Assembly: GCA_004431415.1 (NCBI GenBank)
Contig: QPMI01000193.1
Location: forward strand, 116,787 to 180,786
Direction of reading: 5' to 3'
From: Cyanophora paradoxa CCMP329
Lineage: Eukaryota > Plantae > Glaucophyta
Length of the DNA stretch: 64,000 nt
Positions 26,207 to 37,881 of the stretch are shown piece after piece; position 1 is the stretch's first letter, and the number at the start of each line of letters is the position of its first letter. Under the pieces are notes generated by a model. It did no database searches. It was not told where the DNA came from and saw only the letters and a list, made by a program, of their open reading frames with translations. The translations under genes were made by a program, and so were the position numbers.

Positions 26207-27888
26207 TCAGCCCAGGGCGCCGGCGTCGCGGGCGGCACGGGCGGGGCTGCAGCGGCGGCGGCGTGTTCTGCAAGCGCGCGGCGGACCGCGGCCTCGAGCG
26301 TCTGCGCCTGGGCCGGCAGGACGCGGCCAGGTGGCCGGTTTGCCGCAGTTGTAGCACGCCCGGGGCCCTGCAGCTTGCTGGGGCGGGGGCTCGAGCGGCC
26401 GTTCCCACCTGCGGCGCGGGGTAGAACCGGCGCTTCGGGTCACCGGTGCCTGCGCCCGTTGGCCCGCGGCGCTTGGCCGGGTTGATTGCCGACCACTCGG
26501 CAGAGGCCGCGGGTTGGTCCGGCACTCAAACGAGTAGTGCGACTCGCCGCAGTGGCACGGCCGCCGGGGCTTCTCGGGGAGACCCCGGGCCTTCAGGAAG
26601 TCTTTGATCTTCTGCTGATAGACCGGGTCGTCAAGGCGGGGCGGCGGTGCGGACGCCGACGGGTAGAGCGCGCGGACTACGACGAGGGGCTCGTCCCGAG
26701 CAATGAGCTGCAGGAACGAGATGACCTCGGCGTTCTGATCCTCGGCGTCGTCCGCGTCCCACCCGTACGCGTTTGCCTCAAGCTCTGCGATCTCGGCTTC
26801 CGACACCGTCGTCGCGAGCATGATGCGCGTGCCCGCGCCGGCGCCCGCGTTCGAGCGCGAGGGACGACGGGGACAGCTGGCGTGTGCGTGATCGGCGGCG
26901 CGCTCTGCGGCGTGCGCGAGGCAGCCGTGGGCGCCTGCAGCGGCGTCCCGCGCGAGCCCAGCACTAGGGCCGAGCCGGGGACTTTGGAGATATCGACGTC
27001 CCAGGCGCCCAGTTCATTGGTGCGCTTGGTTACCAGGTCGATGACCGCAGAGGGTCCCGTGATCTCGCGGTCCGCGATCTTCTGCGACAGCTCGTCATAG
27101 ATCTTCCGAGCCGTGGAGAAGTTCGTCATCATGTGCCGGCGATCGGTGTCCGAAATCTCGGAGTCTTCGAAGTCGCGGCACTGATTGCGAGTGCGGCGCT
27201 TGAGCATCTGGCCCGCGTGGCGCATGAGTGCCATAAGCGGTGTCTCGTGCGCCTCGCGGCACTCCGGGATGATGCTCAAGTCGAGGACGCGGCGATAGAA
27301 CGCCTCCGGCGCCTCGCCCACGTGCGGCAGGTCGAGGAGCGCCTTGTACCGGTCAGGGTTCCGCATCTCGGCGTCATCTTCGAGACGGCGCCTGATCGCG
27401 GTGTACGTGACCGTGAGGGCGGTCCGCTGCAAGCCCTCCTCGGCTTGCGCGATCTTCTCGTCGAGCGTCTCGAGGATCGCGACGTCTCGCGGGTCCGCCG
27501 TGCTCGTGCGCGCACGCTCGGCCCGGTACGCCTTCAGCTTCTCGAGCTCGCGAGTGTCGATCTGCTCGGCGCTCTGGAACAGCGAGATGTTCTGGCGCAC
27601 GGGGTGCCCGTGATCTAGCGTGCCGAGAAGAGCCCACCCAGTTCGCTTCTGCACTTCAATGTGTGCAGTCGGCGAGACACTGAGCAAGTCCTTGCTCATG
27701 CTCGCGCAGCTCTCGAACTGGCGGAGGTGGTCCTGAACCGTGCGCTGATCGCTGCCCGGCGGCAGCTTCGGCAGGCTCTGGATCCATTGCAAAACATTTG
27801 ATCCGCTCATAGAGTCCATGTCGGCGGCGCCACGCGCGTGCGCGGCCCGGACGACGAACTCCGCGGAGGCTCCGGTCCCCGAGGACAT
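26207..27888 (-). CDS. Gag (capsid plus two zinc knuckles), frame-shifted
   Basis: LPKLPPGSDQRTVQDHLRQFE and the MHR-like HVGEAPEAFYRRVLDL. Knuckles are CHCGESHYSFEC and CYNCGKP/GHLAASC, the latter split by a 1-bp deletion. Confidence 0.8.
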
Positions 27889-28432
27889 TCTCAGGTCAAG
27901 CGGCGACGTAATGCCACGCTTTTCCGTGAGAGAATGTGCCTCGCTCGAGATCCGAGGCCGTCGTGGTCCACAGCAGCGGCGAGCAAGCTCACTAGCTCGG
28001 CTGCGGCGATTCCGGAGACAGCTCGGGCGCGCACGCCTCAGCCGTCGATCCGATCGCTCTTCGTCTTGTCCAGCACGATCGCAACAGCCGGAGAAGGCTG
28101 GCGTCGCGGCGAGTGACTAGCGACCGATCAGGAATGATCCCACGGGCTCGCACGCAGCTCGCTCAGGAAACGGCGACGATCCGATCGGGACGGGGATCCC
28201 TCGGTATTCGCGCGCGTTCCTGGATCCGCAGGACTAAGTTCTGGTTCTTTCCAGAATGTTCGGTCGCCAACTGCGGATCAGCCCGGAGCGGCGCAGGCGG
28301 GGCGCGAGAAGCGACCCACGACCTCTGCTGAGGTCTACCTGCGCGCCGGCTGAGCCGCGGTCGCCGAGCTGGGTCGGTTGCTGATGACGGGTCGCTGATG
28401 ATCGGGGTTGGGCTCCGTGAGCAGATGGCGCC

Positions 28433-28688
28433 TGTCGGATGAGAGGATTCCCACCCGGTGCAGCGTCCGTGCGGTCACGCACGGGCTGGGGCTGTAGCTG
28501 GGAGCACAAGTGGTCTATTCACAAGTGTACCCGTCCAGGGATCGCGTACCCCCAAACGGAGTCGCGCCCGGCGCTAAGTCAGAATACAGAGAGTGCTAGA
28601 GCTAGCTGCTCGATAGCACTAGACTAGGGCTAGCGGCTACGCATAGACTGCCGGCTAGCCTAATCCGAGGGAATCGCGGCACGCGACA
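28433..28688 (-). repeat. 5' LTR
   Basis: 256-bp direct repeat of 10030-10285. Confidence 0.97.
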
Positions 28689-28991
28689 GCGCGCACTGGG
28701 CCGGGGTCGATCTGCCGCGCGCATGTGGCGTGCCACTAGGACTCACGGCGGGGTCCTTGAGGTCGACGCCGGACTTGGCCGCCTCCGTCGTGACGGTCTG
28801 CGCATGCAATATCAATTAAGCTTTAAGGTGCCATTAATTACGTTTTAATTAATGTAGTTTTTCATTAGATCCCGGTTCCCCCCTTGCACCCCCGGCGCGA
28901 GAATCGCGGCCGGGCCACTAGTATGTACTATATATAATCGGACGTCCCGGTCCGACGCGAACGGTCGCCCCCAGCTAGCGCTGCAGTACTA

Positions 28992-30919
28992 CCGTGTAAT
29001 ACTTATTTACTGTGCCACAATTTTTAAATTACTGCGTTAACGTTCCAAAAACTTTCTGCGCCGGTAGGCCTAGGCGCTTTAATTTGCTGCGCTACCAAAT
29101 TACTGCGTTCCATCGGCCTCGAAAATGTATCTGTTCGGTACGGCCCGATTAAACTAGGGGGAGCGATTGGCGAGAGACCGAAGCGCTTAACACGAGCTAG
29201 TACGCATCTTAATGCATATCCAATGCTCAGTCTCTCGCGGACGCGGTACAAAAATTTCCTAGATGTATGGCCATACAAAGGCGACGACGAAAAGGCCAGT
29301 TTCGCGGCGAGCTAGCCGAGCTAGCAGTGCGCCCGGCCGGCGTCTTATTGCCCCAGCGTTCGAGTCCCGGGAAGGGCAGTTGGGGGGAGCGGGCCCTCAG
29401 CGGGGGGGCCTGGGCGTGCCTTGAGCTGCCTAGCCTTGCGCTGTCGAGGGCTGAAGAGGGGGCCGGGGCGCAGCGACCTGGCGGGAGGCCAAAAATGTTT
29501 TTCTGGCGGGCTTCTGGCGGGAGCCCAAAAATGTTTTTCATCTCGGCTGATCTAAAATGCACTTCCTACGTACCTGCCCGGTCTCGCGCCAGTCACTCGC
29601 TGTGCTCCGCTTTAATTTCGGCTGGACTTGTATGGCATTATTTGCCAAGTTGTTAGCAAAGGGGGTAATACTGCGCTACCAAATTACTGCGTTCTAAAAT
29701 TTGTTTTTTGGTGAATTACCGGCCACAGTCTCTATTTTTGTTTTTGGTGAATTACCGGCCACAGTCTCTAGACACCAGCACTGCGGGGGCTGCCCAGGGG
29801 GCATAAAGACAAAAAAGCAAAATAACTAAGACAAGAGCACGAAGAAAGATAAGACAAAGAGCCAAAATGGACAATAATAAAGAAAAGACACAGAGCTCGA
29901 GCTCGAGACAGATCGAGAAGAGACGATAAAGCGAGCAGATCTAGGGACAGAGGATGACTGACACGAATCGAAGAAGAGCCAGAGCTAGAGAGACCATCAA
30001 GATCGGAAGGAATTACATCACTAAGAAGCGGAGGACAAAATTGAGAAAGATAAATAACAGGAAGCAGACCGTCGGACAAGTAAGAGGAACAACAAGACGA
30101 CGTGGAGGCGGAGGCGAAGCAGGACGATGCGAAAGGGCAGAGCTACGGCACGAGGTCGACGAGGACACAGGAGGCGGAGCAGGCGGATCAAGAGCAGGCA
30201 AAAGGACAGTCAAAGGAATCACTAAAGCCGGCCGGGGTCGAGGCGGGCAGTCGAACTGCAAACGACGGCGAACAACAGGTCGAGCACGAGGACTATAGCT
30301 AGTAGTGAAACTAACTCTAGCATCAACACTACGATCAGAATCCGAACCAGACCGAACTAAACTAGAAGACGAAGTACGCCGGCGCCGGCGGGATACGACC
30401 AGCGAAGCAGAAGACGAAGGCAAAGGCGGCAGTCCGGTATCAAGAACAAAGGCCGGAGGGTCCAGCCCGGCAAACCGCCGGAGGGAAGTAGAAGGAGACG
30501 CAGGCTCGGCAAGCCGGCGACGGGTACGACCACGAGTCCGGGAGGAGATCGGGGAAGCCGGTCCCGGAGCTGAGGGCCCAAGAGCAGCTGCAGAGCCAGG
30601 AGAAGGTAAGCCCGGCGAGAAATCTGACCCGGAGCCGGAACCCAGCGAACGACGACGACGAATTCGAGGCCCCCGAGGAGCCACGACGGGGGAGCTACCG
30701 AGCAAAGTACTGACAGCCGGCGCCGAACACAGCGGCGGAGGTACCCCGCAGATAGTGGCAGGCGGAGAGTCCAGGGTCGAGCGAGAGATCCGCCGACGGG
30801 AACGCGGGGGAGGCCGACGAGACGGGCTCTAGACACCAGCACGAGCTCGTTCTAAAATTTTTGTGCGCATGCGCAGTAGTTATATATATATGTCAGCGCG
30901 GTAATTAAGTATTACACGG
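28992..30919. mobile_element. Tc1/mariner-type non-autonomous element (TA TSD) with nested insert
   Basis: TIR CCGTGTAATACTTA(T/A)TTAC at both ends, each flanked by TA; internal repeats of AAATTACTGCGTT. Confidence 0.7.
29703..30847 (-). mobile_element. Retroposed (non-LTR-type) 5'-truncated insertion
   Basis: 13-bp direct repeat CGTTCTAAAATTT (29690-29702 / 30848-30860), an A-rich tail on the minus strand, a Ser/Pro/Arg-rich ORF tail (30705-30013) and a T-rich 3' region. The same 3' end recurs at ~37590-37652. Confidence 0.6.
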
Positions 30920-31789
30920 TAGTGGGCCAGTGGCCCACTCTGTGACTGGCCCCCCAATGGGCCCCCATGCATGGGCCACGGGGCCAGTACCGGCGCGATG
31001 ATATTACTAATTCTTGGGAAATAAGTTTTAATCGTGAGTCGTGACAGCCCTGAGTCCCGTGACCCAGTCGCGATCGCTCACTGCGCTCAGCTCCCCCGCA
31101 GGCTCAGCGGCTGCAGCTGAATGTGACTGAATCAGTCATACTGCAGCTGAGTCCGACGGTCAACTCGAGGTTCAGTAGTCTAGTCAGGCTACAGCCTACC
31201 GGTACCGTGCGGTAACTAGTAAGGCGCCGTAACGGCGGTACCGTGCAAAAAACTGATGGAAATGACCCGGAAATGATCCAGATGCGGAAATGATCCAGAT
31301 CTAGAGTCTAGATGCGATCCATCTAATTATAATTATATATATATAAGTTGCTTGCCCCCCTGCTTGTTCAATTTTTTTTGCAAAAGTGGACGTCGCATTG
31401 ATACACCACGGCACATGTATCAATGGTCTACGTGACGTGCCCTTCCGACCGGTCATCTATCTAGCCGAGGATGCTAGCTAGGTGCCGGCCATGGGTCGCT
31501 CAATATGGGAGGTTCGCCTGAGTGGGGGAGCCATGGTTTTCGGTGATAGCCGTAACCAGACCCGCGCGCCCACCCCGTGATCAACTCCTCCATCCCTCAT
31601 GAGCCCTGGAAGTGAAATGTCTCGCAGTCCACCGCCCGCCCTTGCCGCCGCTCCGCCACCCCTCCTCCTCCTGATTCCGCCTCCTCCCTCCTCCTCACCT
31701 GCGCCCCAGGACTCCGATTAATCGGTGTCCCGTTTTGTCAATGCCCCCCTGCTTGTTCAAGTCTTACACCGTAACTAGTAAGTTACACG

Positions 31790-32152
31790 TAGGGGCGCGT
31801 TTCGAACAAAATCGCCTTGTTCATGATCAGTGTTCGTTCCGAAGTTCGTTCAGTATACGTAGCCCCCGTGTTCATTGTTCAGTGAACATGTTCGAACTGC
31901 GAGCCCGCGCTCCCCCCCCCCCCCCCCCCCCCCCACCCCCACCCCTACCTGTGTCTGTCAAGTTTCTGACGGTTTCCGTGCCGAAACTTGCCCGAAAGTG
32001 GCCCGAAACCGGGGCCCGGGGGCCCCCCTGCCGAAGAAGTCGGTGTTCATGAACAGCAGTTTCGTTGTTCATGTTCGTTCAGTTCAGTAAAAAGGCTGTT
32101 CGTTCACGTTCGTTCGAAATATCATAGTATGTTCGTTCAAGGAGCGCCCCTA
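31790..32152. mobile_element. hAT-superfamily MITE (363 bp)
   Basis: TIR TAGGGGCGC / GCGCCCCTA, 8-bp TSD GTTACACG (31782-31789 / 32153-32160) and many subterminal (T)GTTC(G/A) motifs. Confidence 0.88.
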
Positions 32153-32305
32153 GTTACACGGTACCGCCGTACCGGCCGCCGGCTGGCCCAGTGGGCCCGG
32201 CGGCCGGTACGGCGGTACCGGCACTGGTCCGGCAGGCGGCGGCAGCTGAGCCTCAGCTGCAGGGCCTGGAAGGCCCTGGAAATTGGCTGGAATCCTGGCA
32301 TGGAT

Positions 32306-32555
32306 CCGGAGTCTCAGTGTCTCACTGTCAGACTAGTGTCAGTCAGTGTCAGAGTCTGGAGGGAAAAACTGGGGAGATAAATTGATTGGGGGCAGCTCTT
32401 AGTAGCCTCTTACTCTTTCTGCTGCCGGTACCGGAGTCTCAGTGTCTCACTGTCAGACTAGTGTCAGTCAGTGTCAGAGTCTGGAGGGAAAAACTGGGGA
32501 GATAAATTGATTGGGGGCAGCTCTTAGTAGCCTCTTACTCTTTCTGCTGCCGGTA
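32306..32555. repeat. Tandem duplication, 2 x 125 bp
   Basis: CCGGAGTCTCAGTGTC...GCTGCCGGTA is repeated at 32306 and 32431. Confidence 0.92.
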
Positions 32556-32831
32556 CTACGGTACCGCCGACGGTCCGCCGTACCGAGCCTCGTAGAAGCC
32601 TGCATGCGCACCTCGCAGGAGTTGCGGCCACCGGTACCTGCAGGCCCGGACCGTTCAAACTCCTTCGAGGCCATGATCATGATCATGAGATACCTAGCCC
32701 AGAGCTCCAGCGCTAGCTGGCAGCTGAAGTTCGCGTGATATACGTATACGTATACTATACATCGTTCGCGGCCCGGCGGTCGTGAGCGCTAGCAGATTTT
32801 GATCTAGAGAGCAATCGCAATATTAATCGCA

Positions 32832-34700
32832 ATGAGCACCACCGGCGAGACGAAGGTCATCACGTACAAGACTGGGGATTGCTCGGGAGACTTGCTTAAC
32901 CACGCGACGTACTACATCCACAAGGGACCCTTAACAGCCTCGAATTTATCAACCTACTGCAACAAACTCGGTGTCTTCTCGTACAAAGCAGAAGCAACGG
33001 AAACGGGGGGAACTGACAAGGCGCGCCGCTTATAATTGCGCATAACTTTAAAGCGCATTTGACAGTCCAATCGCGAGGCTCATATGCATCCTGTTAACGT
33101 TGAGTTCACCTTGCGCGCATACGCGCGCATGCGCGCATATGCATGCGCAGGGATGCACGATTTGGTACGTATACGTATATATACGTACACGTATACGTAC
33201 ATTTGTACACGTGTATCGATATCTAGATCTGGCTATTTTCCATTAATATTTACTTACATGTTAACGTTTTGAATTCGACGTCGACAGCCCGAACAAAAAT
33301 CCGCGATTCGAGTACCAGTACTTCGACAACACGGATTGCTCGGGCTCGCCCGTCACGTACAGTGCCTGGTAAGCGCGTACGTATATACGAATCTGACCGC
33401 CCTCGTCGACATCATTTTTTAGATTAATGTCCACATTTACATATACATGTACAGGTACAGCTACAACGACCACGTTCAGCCCTGGGGCGTGCTTCAACCT
33501 GTGAAAGAAGAGGCGAAGCCTTGGCTTTCATGCGTGCGCATGCGACTCTTAATTTGCATGCAAATGATCATGAAACGTCGCTCATGATCATGTCGGAGCT
33601 CGAGTGAAATTTGACGTTTCTCTTGATTACGCGCAGACTAAGTTCAAGCACGCGGCGTACAAAGTCCGACTTGTTGACGCACCTGGTCATTCGTCAGAAT
33701 GGTACTTAGTTTACGCACGAGCTCGTCAATTACAATTGCACTCGGGTCGTCACAGATGTTGATCACGATTCTGCGCGCGCGCAGCATCAAATGGTATATG
33801 TACATATAGACATTGTTGCAAGGATTCGATTCGTCTTGCTGACCAATTTGTGCGGCGGAATTCGAACATGTACACGTGCACACGCGTTCGCTAATTCAAC
33901 AGCTGGGTGCGCATGCGCTCATCAATATTAATCATGATCATGATCATATGCATGTGTGTTCTAAATATTAATAACAAAGCCTGACAATACAACGCCTGCA
34001 GGACAACACGTACATCTCCAATTACCAGATCAATGGCCAATACCAGTGTTTCGCGGTGCGTATCGACTTTTTCGAATTCGATGTACAGCTTGCAGACCTC
34101 GACTTCAAAAATATTATGATCATACATATATTATATTTACATGCGCGCATGCGCACGCGCAGAACTCCGACTGTACCGGAGCTGTCAAGCCCCCGAACAC
34201 GACGTTGTTTTCCATATCCTACCGGTATTCTGATGATCATGATGCATACGCATGGGGTCATGACCTTAAGCTTGCCAGTTGCATATATAATTGCCAGTCT
34301 AGCTCAAGTAATTAAATTGCAAGAGTCTCAATTGCAAGAAATAATACGTATACCATGATATCGATCGATATCATGGTATCATAAAATATGTATATGCATG
34401 ATACCGTAATACGGTAGGTCGGAAGCGGAGAAATGTCCCACGAGCACGTTCTCGTCAAAAGGTTGGTAATCCTCATATACACATTGTGTAAACGTGCACG
34501 TGTATACGTACATGTTATCTTTCATTCCAAGTTGACGCCGACCACCACCTCCTCAGATGGCTTCGTTTGCAAGCAGGTGCTGCCTCTGTTCTCTGAAAGC
34601 TCGAGCGAAAGGCTTTATTATACGCTTAAGCTCAACCGGTACCGGTACCAAATCTTTTATAGGGCACTGGAAGCTGGTTGCTTGATGAAGTGCCTCAAGT
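32832..34700 (+). pseudogene. Degenerate multi-exon gene for a cysteine-rich, probably extracellular protein
   Basis: Coding-like islands with a repeated xDC(S/T)G motif (TYKTGDCSGD, YFDNTDCSGSP, NSDCTGAV, FSPGACFNL), separated by AT-rich palindromic DNA. Confidence 0.4.
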
Positions 34701-35253
34701 GGTCAATGTCGAGGTGCAGTCATTTGCAATTGAATACTAAAATTAATATTAATATTATATATAATGCGTATAAACATCATGCGCATATCTGATTGCGAGC
34801 TCAAGATCTTGACTTGAATCTGATCGCTTCAATCTATATTAATTATAATTACCTGATGGAACTTCAGCCAGTGGACGCGGGCGCTGGCGCGGAGTTCGAG
34901 GAGCTCGAGGCGGCAGCTTTCGAGGACGAGCTCGCGATCGACGACTTCGCTGGGCTCGAGGCGGCCTGTGTCGCGTAGCCTAGCGTAGCCTATGGGGCCC
35001 GGGCGCCGGCGCCCGCATATTGTACGGTCTGCCGGGGCCGTGCACGTGATTTCGAACTCTAGATCTGCTACTACGTGCACGTGAACGCTGTGACGTGTGA
35101 TGCCAATTGCAATTGATATTGCAGTAATACTACTATGATATGCATTGCAAACCTGAAATGCATGTGCCTGCGCATGCGCAGTGCGCACTAGTACTACGGA
35201 ACTCGTATACACTGAATTTCGGAAGTCTTTCGGGGTGAATCAAAAGAACAATA

Positions 35254-36294
35254 TTGCAAGGGGGGAAAGAAGACCGAAGGTCTTCCCCCCTTGCTCCCCG
35301 TTCCCTCGCTTCAGCCAAAATTTTTCTTTGAGGCCGTTTTCGAGGTCCAGTTTGCAACGCGGGAAAAAAGGGGCTTATTCGCGTTCCGATTGGCTCGGTG
35401 GACCGGTCAGCCTTCTCGCGAAAACTGGTTTTCGAGGGGAAAACCAACTTCGCGCTCATGATCACTCCTCTAGATGTGGGCTCTCGTTCGCGCGGCGGTG
35501 CGCTGCGTCACGCGGCGGTTTTGCATGGCATGCACTTCTCCCTAGCGGCGGGCTCACTATGCGCTCGACGAGTCGGAGCCTCGGAGCTCTCAGTGAAATG
35601 TCATTCCAATGCCGCAGAAAGAATTGAAAGAAGGTAGCTCTTGACCAGGTAGCTCTTGACCTTGAACGGGAGGCTGTCGGAAGAGACGCCGAGGATCCGC
35701 TGGCCCAGGCGCCGGCCCCGCACTTCCTTCGGCACAAGGACGCTCCCCGTGTTTGCGTCCGTCGACGTCGCTCCCCGCGGGCTCTCCGCTCGGATCAATT
35801 TCGGGGTGAATTCGTCGGAGACGCGACTGCGCATGCAGGGGCGGAGGGACGTGAGGGGCATTCGCGGTGTTTCGGGATCGAACGCGAGATTCGGGATCGA
35901 TCGAACGCACTGCGCCCGAACACGATGGCGAGCTCGAGGCGGGCGGACGAGGCCTTGCGCTCGGCAGAGCCGCAGGCGGCGCACTCGTGGGCGCGGTTTG
36001 AGAAGCTTTAAGCGGTTAAGAATGCAATCGACGTCGACGATCTGGAAGAGGTCCGAACGGTCCCCGTACGCGTTCAGCAGCACCCAGTCCTCCGATCTGC
36101 GAGAACGCACGCGCCGTCGACGTCGTCTCTGTGTGTACCTTTACACTTCAACCTGCCGCGCGCGCTGGGCCGGGGTCGATCTAGATCGATATCTGCCCCG
36201 TGCACGCGTAGTGTCCGTGCCACTACGACTCTTTCATTAGATCCCCGGTTCCCCCCTTGCACCCCCGGCGCGCCAAACGCGGCCGGGCCCCTAG
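35254..36294 (+). mobile_element. Non-autonomous Helitron/Helentron-like element (copy B, 1,041 bp)
   Basis: A|TTGCAAGGGGGG hairpin start; subTIR, hairpin and CTAG|T end; no TSD. Both ends are homologous to copy A. Confidence 0.78.
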
Positions 36295-36862
36295 TAACTG
36301 TAATACTAGTTTATATTACTAGCTCTTCACTTCACTACCGGCCCAGGCTGGGAATTTGAAACTCGCAAGGCGGAGGCTGCCACTGGTAAGTTCTGAACAC
36401 ATTTGGGACCATCCGAAGTTCCAAGATTCCGAACTACGGCCGCTGCGAGCTTCAAGAGGAAGAAAAAAGGAAAATATCCTGCCAGCAAAACTGCCCACCA
36501 ATGGTGTAATTGCCTGACTGATAAATTGAGTCGAAAAAAACATTGCTTTGCCAGCCCGCATAGTATTGGGCTTTCGTGTACCCGGGCATGGTGATATATA
36601 TACAAGTCCAAACACCCGCTCAAGTACCAGTGTACCCAGTTGAGTTGAAATCGCTTACTAGTACTACGGCGAGTCCAGTCCAAAAGCTACAGTCTAAAAC
36701 TCGGGCGACTTGGTGATTGGTCAATTAAACCAAGCAATTCCGATTGCCAAGTTGGCCAGCTAGCAAGCGGGGGGGGTGCGGGGGGGGCGGAGCCCCCCCT
36801 GCTTGTTATATTAATCAAAGTGAACGCCCGGTTGAGATATATTATTCGCAAGTTAAAAAATC

Positions 36863-37383
36863 GCAACAAGCGAGTCCATGCGGAGCAGGAGTGGCCTTGG
36901 GTCTTGGCCCCGACTCTTGGGGTTTGAAGGGGTGAGGGTGGCCGCTCTTTAAAAGCTTTGTTTTAAAACGGGGCCCGCAACCGCGCGCGGTTACTGTTGA
37001 GAGGACTACGCCGCCTAGTAGCTTCTAGCTTGGTCTAGCTAGCGCCAGCGACACGTATACGCGTACGTATACGCCGATAGCTAGGCTTCGTCGTATAGCA
37101 ACGCCGGCGCCTGCTGGCGCGGCCGCGGCGCCGGCGTCGATATCGATATCGATCGCGACGTCGACGTCGGCGCCCGGCGCCGGCGCTGCGCAGTGCGCAT
37201 GCTAGCTACAGCGCTAGCGCTGGCGCTCGATCGCGATCGTTAACGTTGATCGCGATCGTTTGCGAAGCGACGCGCGGCGATTCCGCCGGCGAAGCGCCTA
37301 TAGTGACTCCAGCCTTCCAGCCGGGTACAGAGGCTCTTTGCAACAAGCGAGTCCCTGCGGAGCAGGAGTGGCCTTGGGTCTTG
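36863..37383. repeat. 44-bp direct repeats (36863-36906, 37340-37383) bracketing a palindrome-rich tract
   Basis: GCAACAAGCGAGTCC(A/C)TGCGGAGCAGGAGTGGCCTTGGGTCTTG occurs twice with one mismatch. Confidence 0.85.
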
Positions 37384-37881
37384 CAATTGGTACGTTGTGC
37401 CGCAAGGGTACAGATATCGATGCGGGGCCCAATCGGCCGCAATTGTACCGAGTACAGGCCCCGAGGGGCCCATTGGTCGTCTCAGCTGAATCATTGAATG
37501 AAAACGACTTTCGGCGGTTTTTGGAGGTGGTTAATAATTATCTTTGAATCATTCGAATGTAACTCGCAGTAATAAGGCTCTGTCTAAATTGTTTATTTTT
37601 TTTGTGAATTACCGGCCACAGACTCTAGACACCAGCACTGCGGGGGCTGCCCAACTAACGCATCAAGTATATTTAAAACCCACCTCGTGGCACACAACGA
37701 CCCTGACTCATACAAATTTGCTGGCCGGCCACGTGGCGCTCCGTTAATTTGGAAACTATTTCCTAACGAATGGGGTGCGGTCTCTTGAAATTGATAATTT
37801 TCAAATTTCGACTTGCAATTGGAGGACCAATGTGATTTGCGCTTTCTTTTTTTTCCGGAAAATGCTTTTCGGTGCTTCTCG

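Larger units (their letters stand above)
10030..28688 (-). mobile_element. Full-length giant Ty3/Gypsy LTR retrotransposon (18,659 bp)
   Basis: Two 256-bp TG..CA LTRs, 5-bp TSD GCGCG (10025-10029 / 28689-28693), and Gag-PR-RT-RH-IN order on the minus strand. Confidence 0.97.
6648..28921 (+). mobile_element. Non-autonomous Helitron/Helentron-like element (copy A, ~3.6 kb net) carrying nested insertions
   Basis: 5' end is TTGCAAGGGGGG..GAAGACCGAAGGTCTTCCCCCCTTGC, a hairpin whose first ~160 bp match 35254 onward. 3' end is subTIR CCCCCCTTGC, hairpin and CTAG|T at 28921. Removing the LTR element restores the sequence seen at 36150-36180. Confidence 0.7.

Noticed and set aside
28381-28402. Two CTGATGA motifs suggesting a hammerhead ribozyme
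   Set aside because: No downstream GAAA core or supporting stems were found.
29020-29700. Short dispersed repeats (AAATTACTGCGTT; also the 44-bp pair at 36863/37340) as a CRISPR-like array
   Set aside because: Too few copies, irregular spacing, no cas genes, eukaryotic context; better explained as TE subterminal repeats.
31241-32161. Second TA-flanked CCGTG element enclosing the hAT MITE
   Set aside because: The inverted match is only ~5-7 bp in a palindrome-rich area, which is insufficient.
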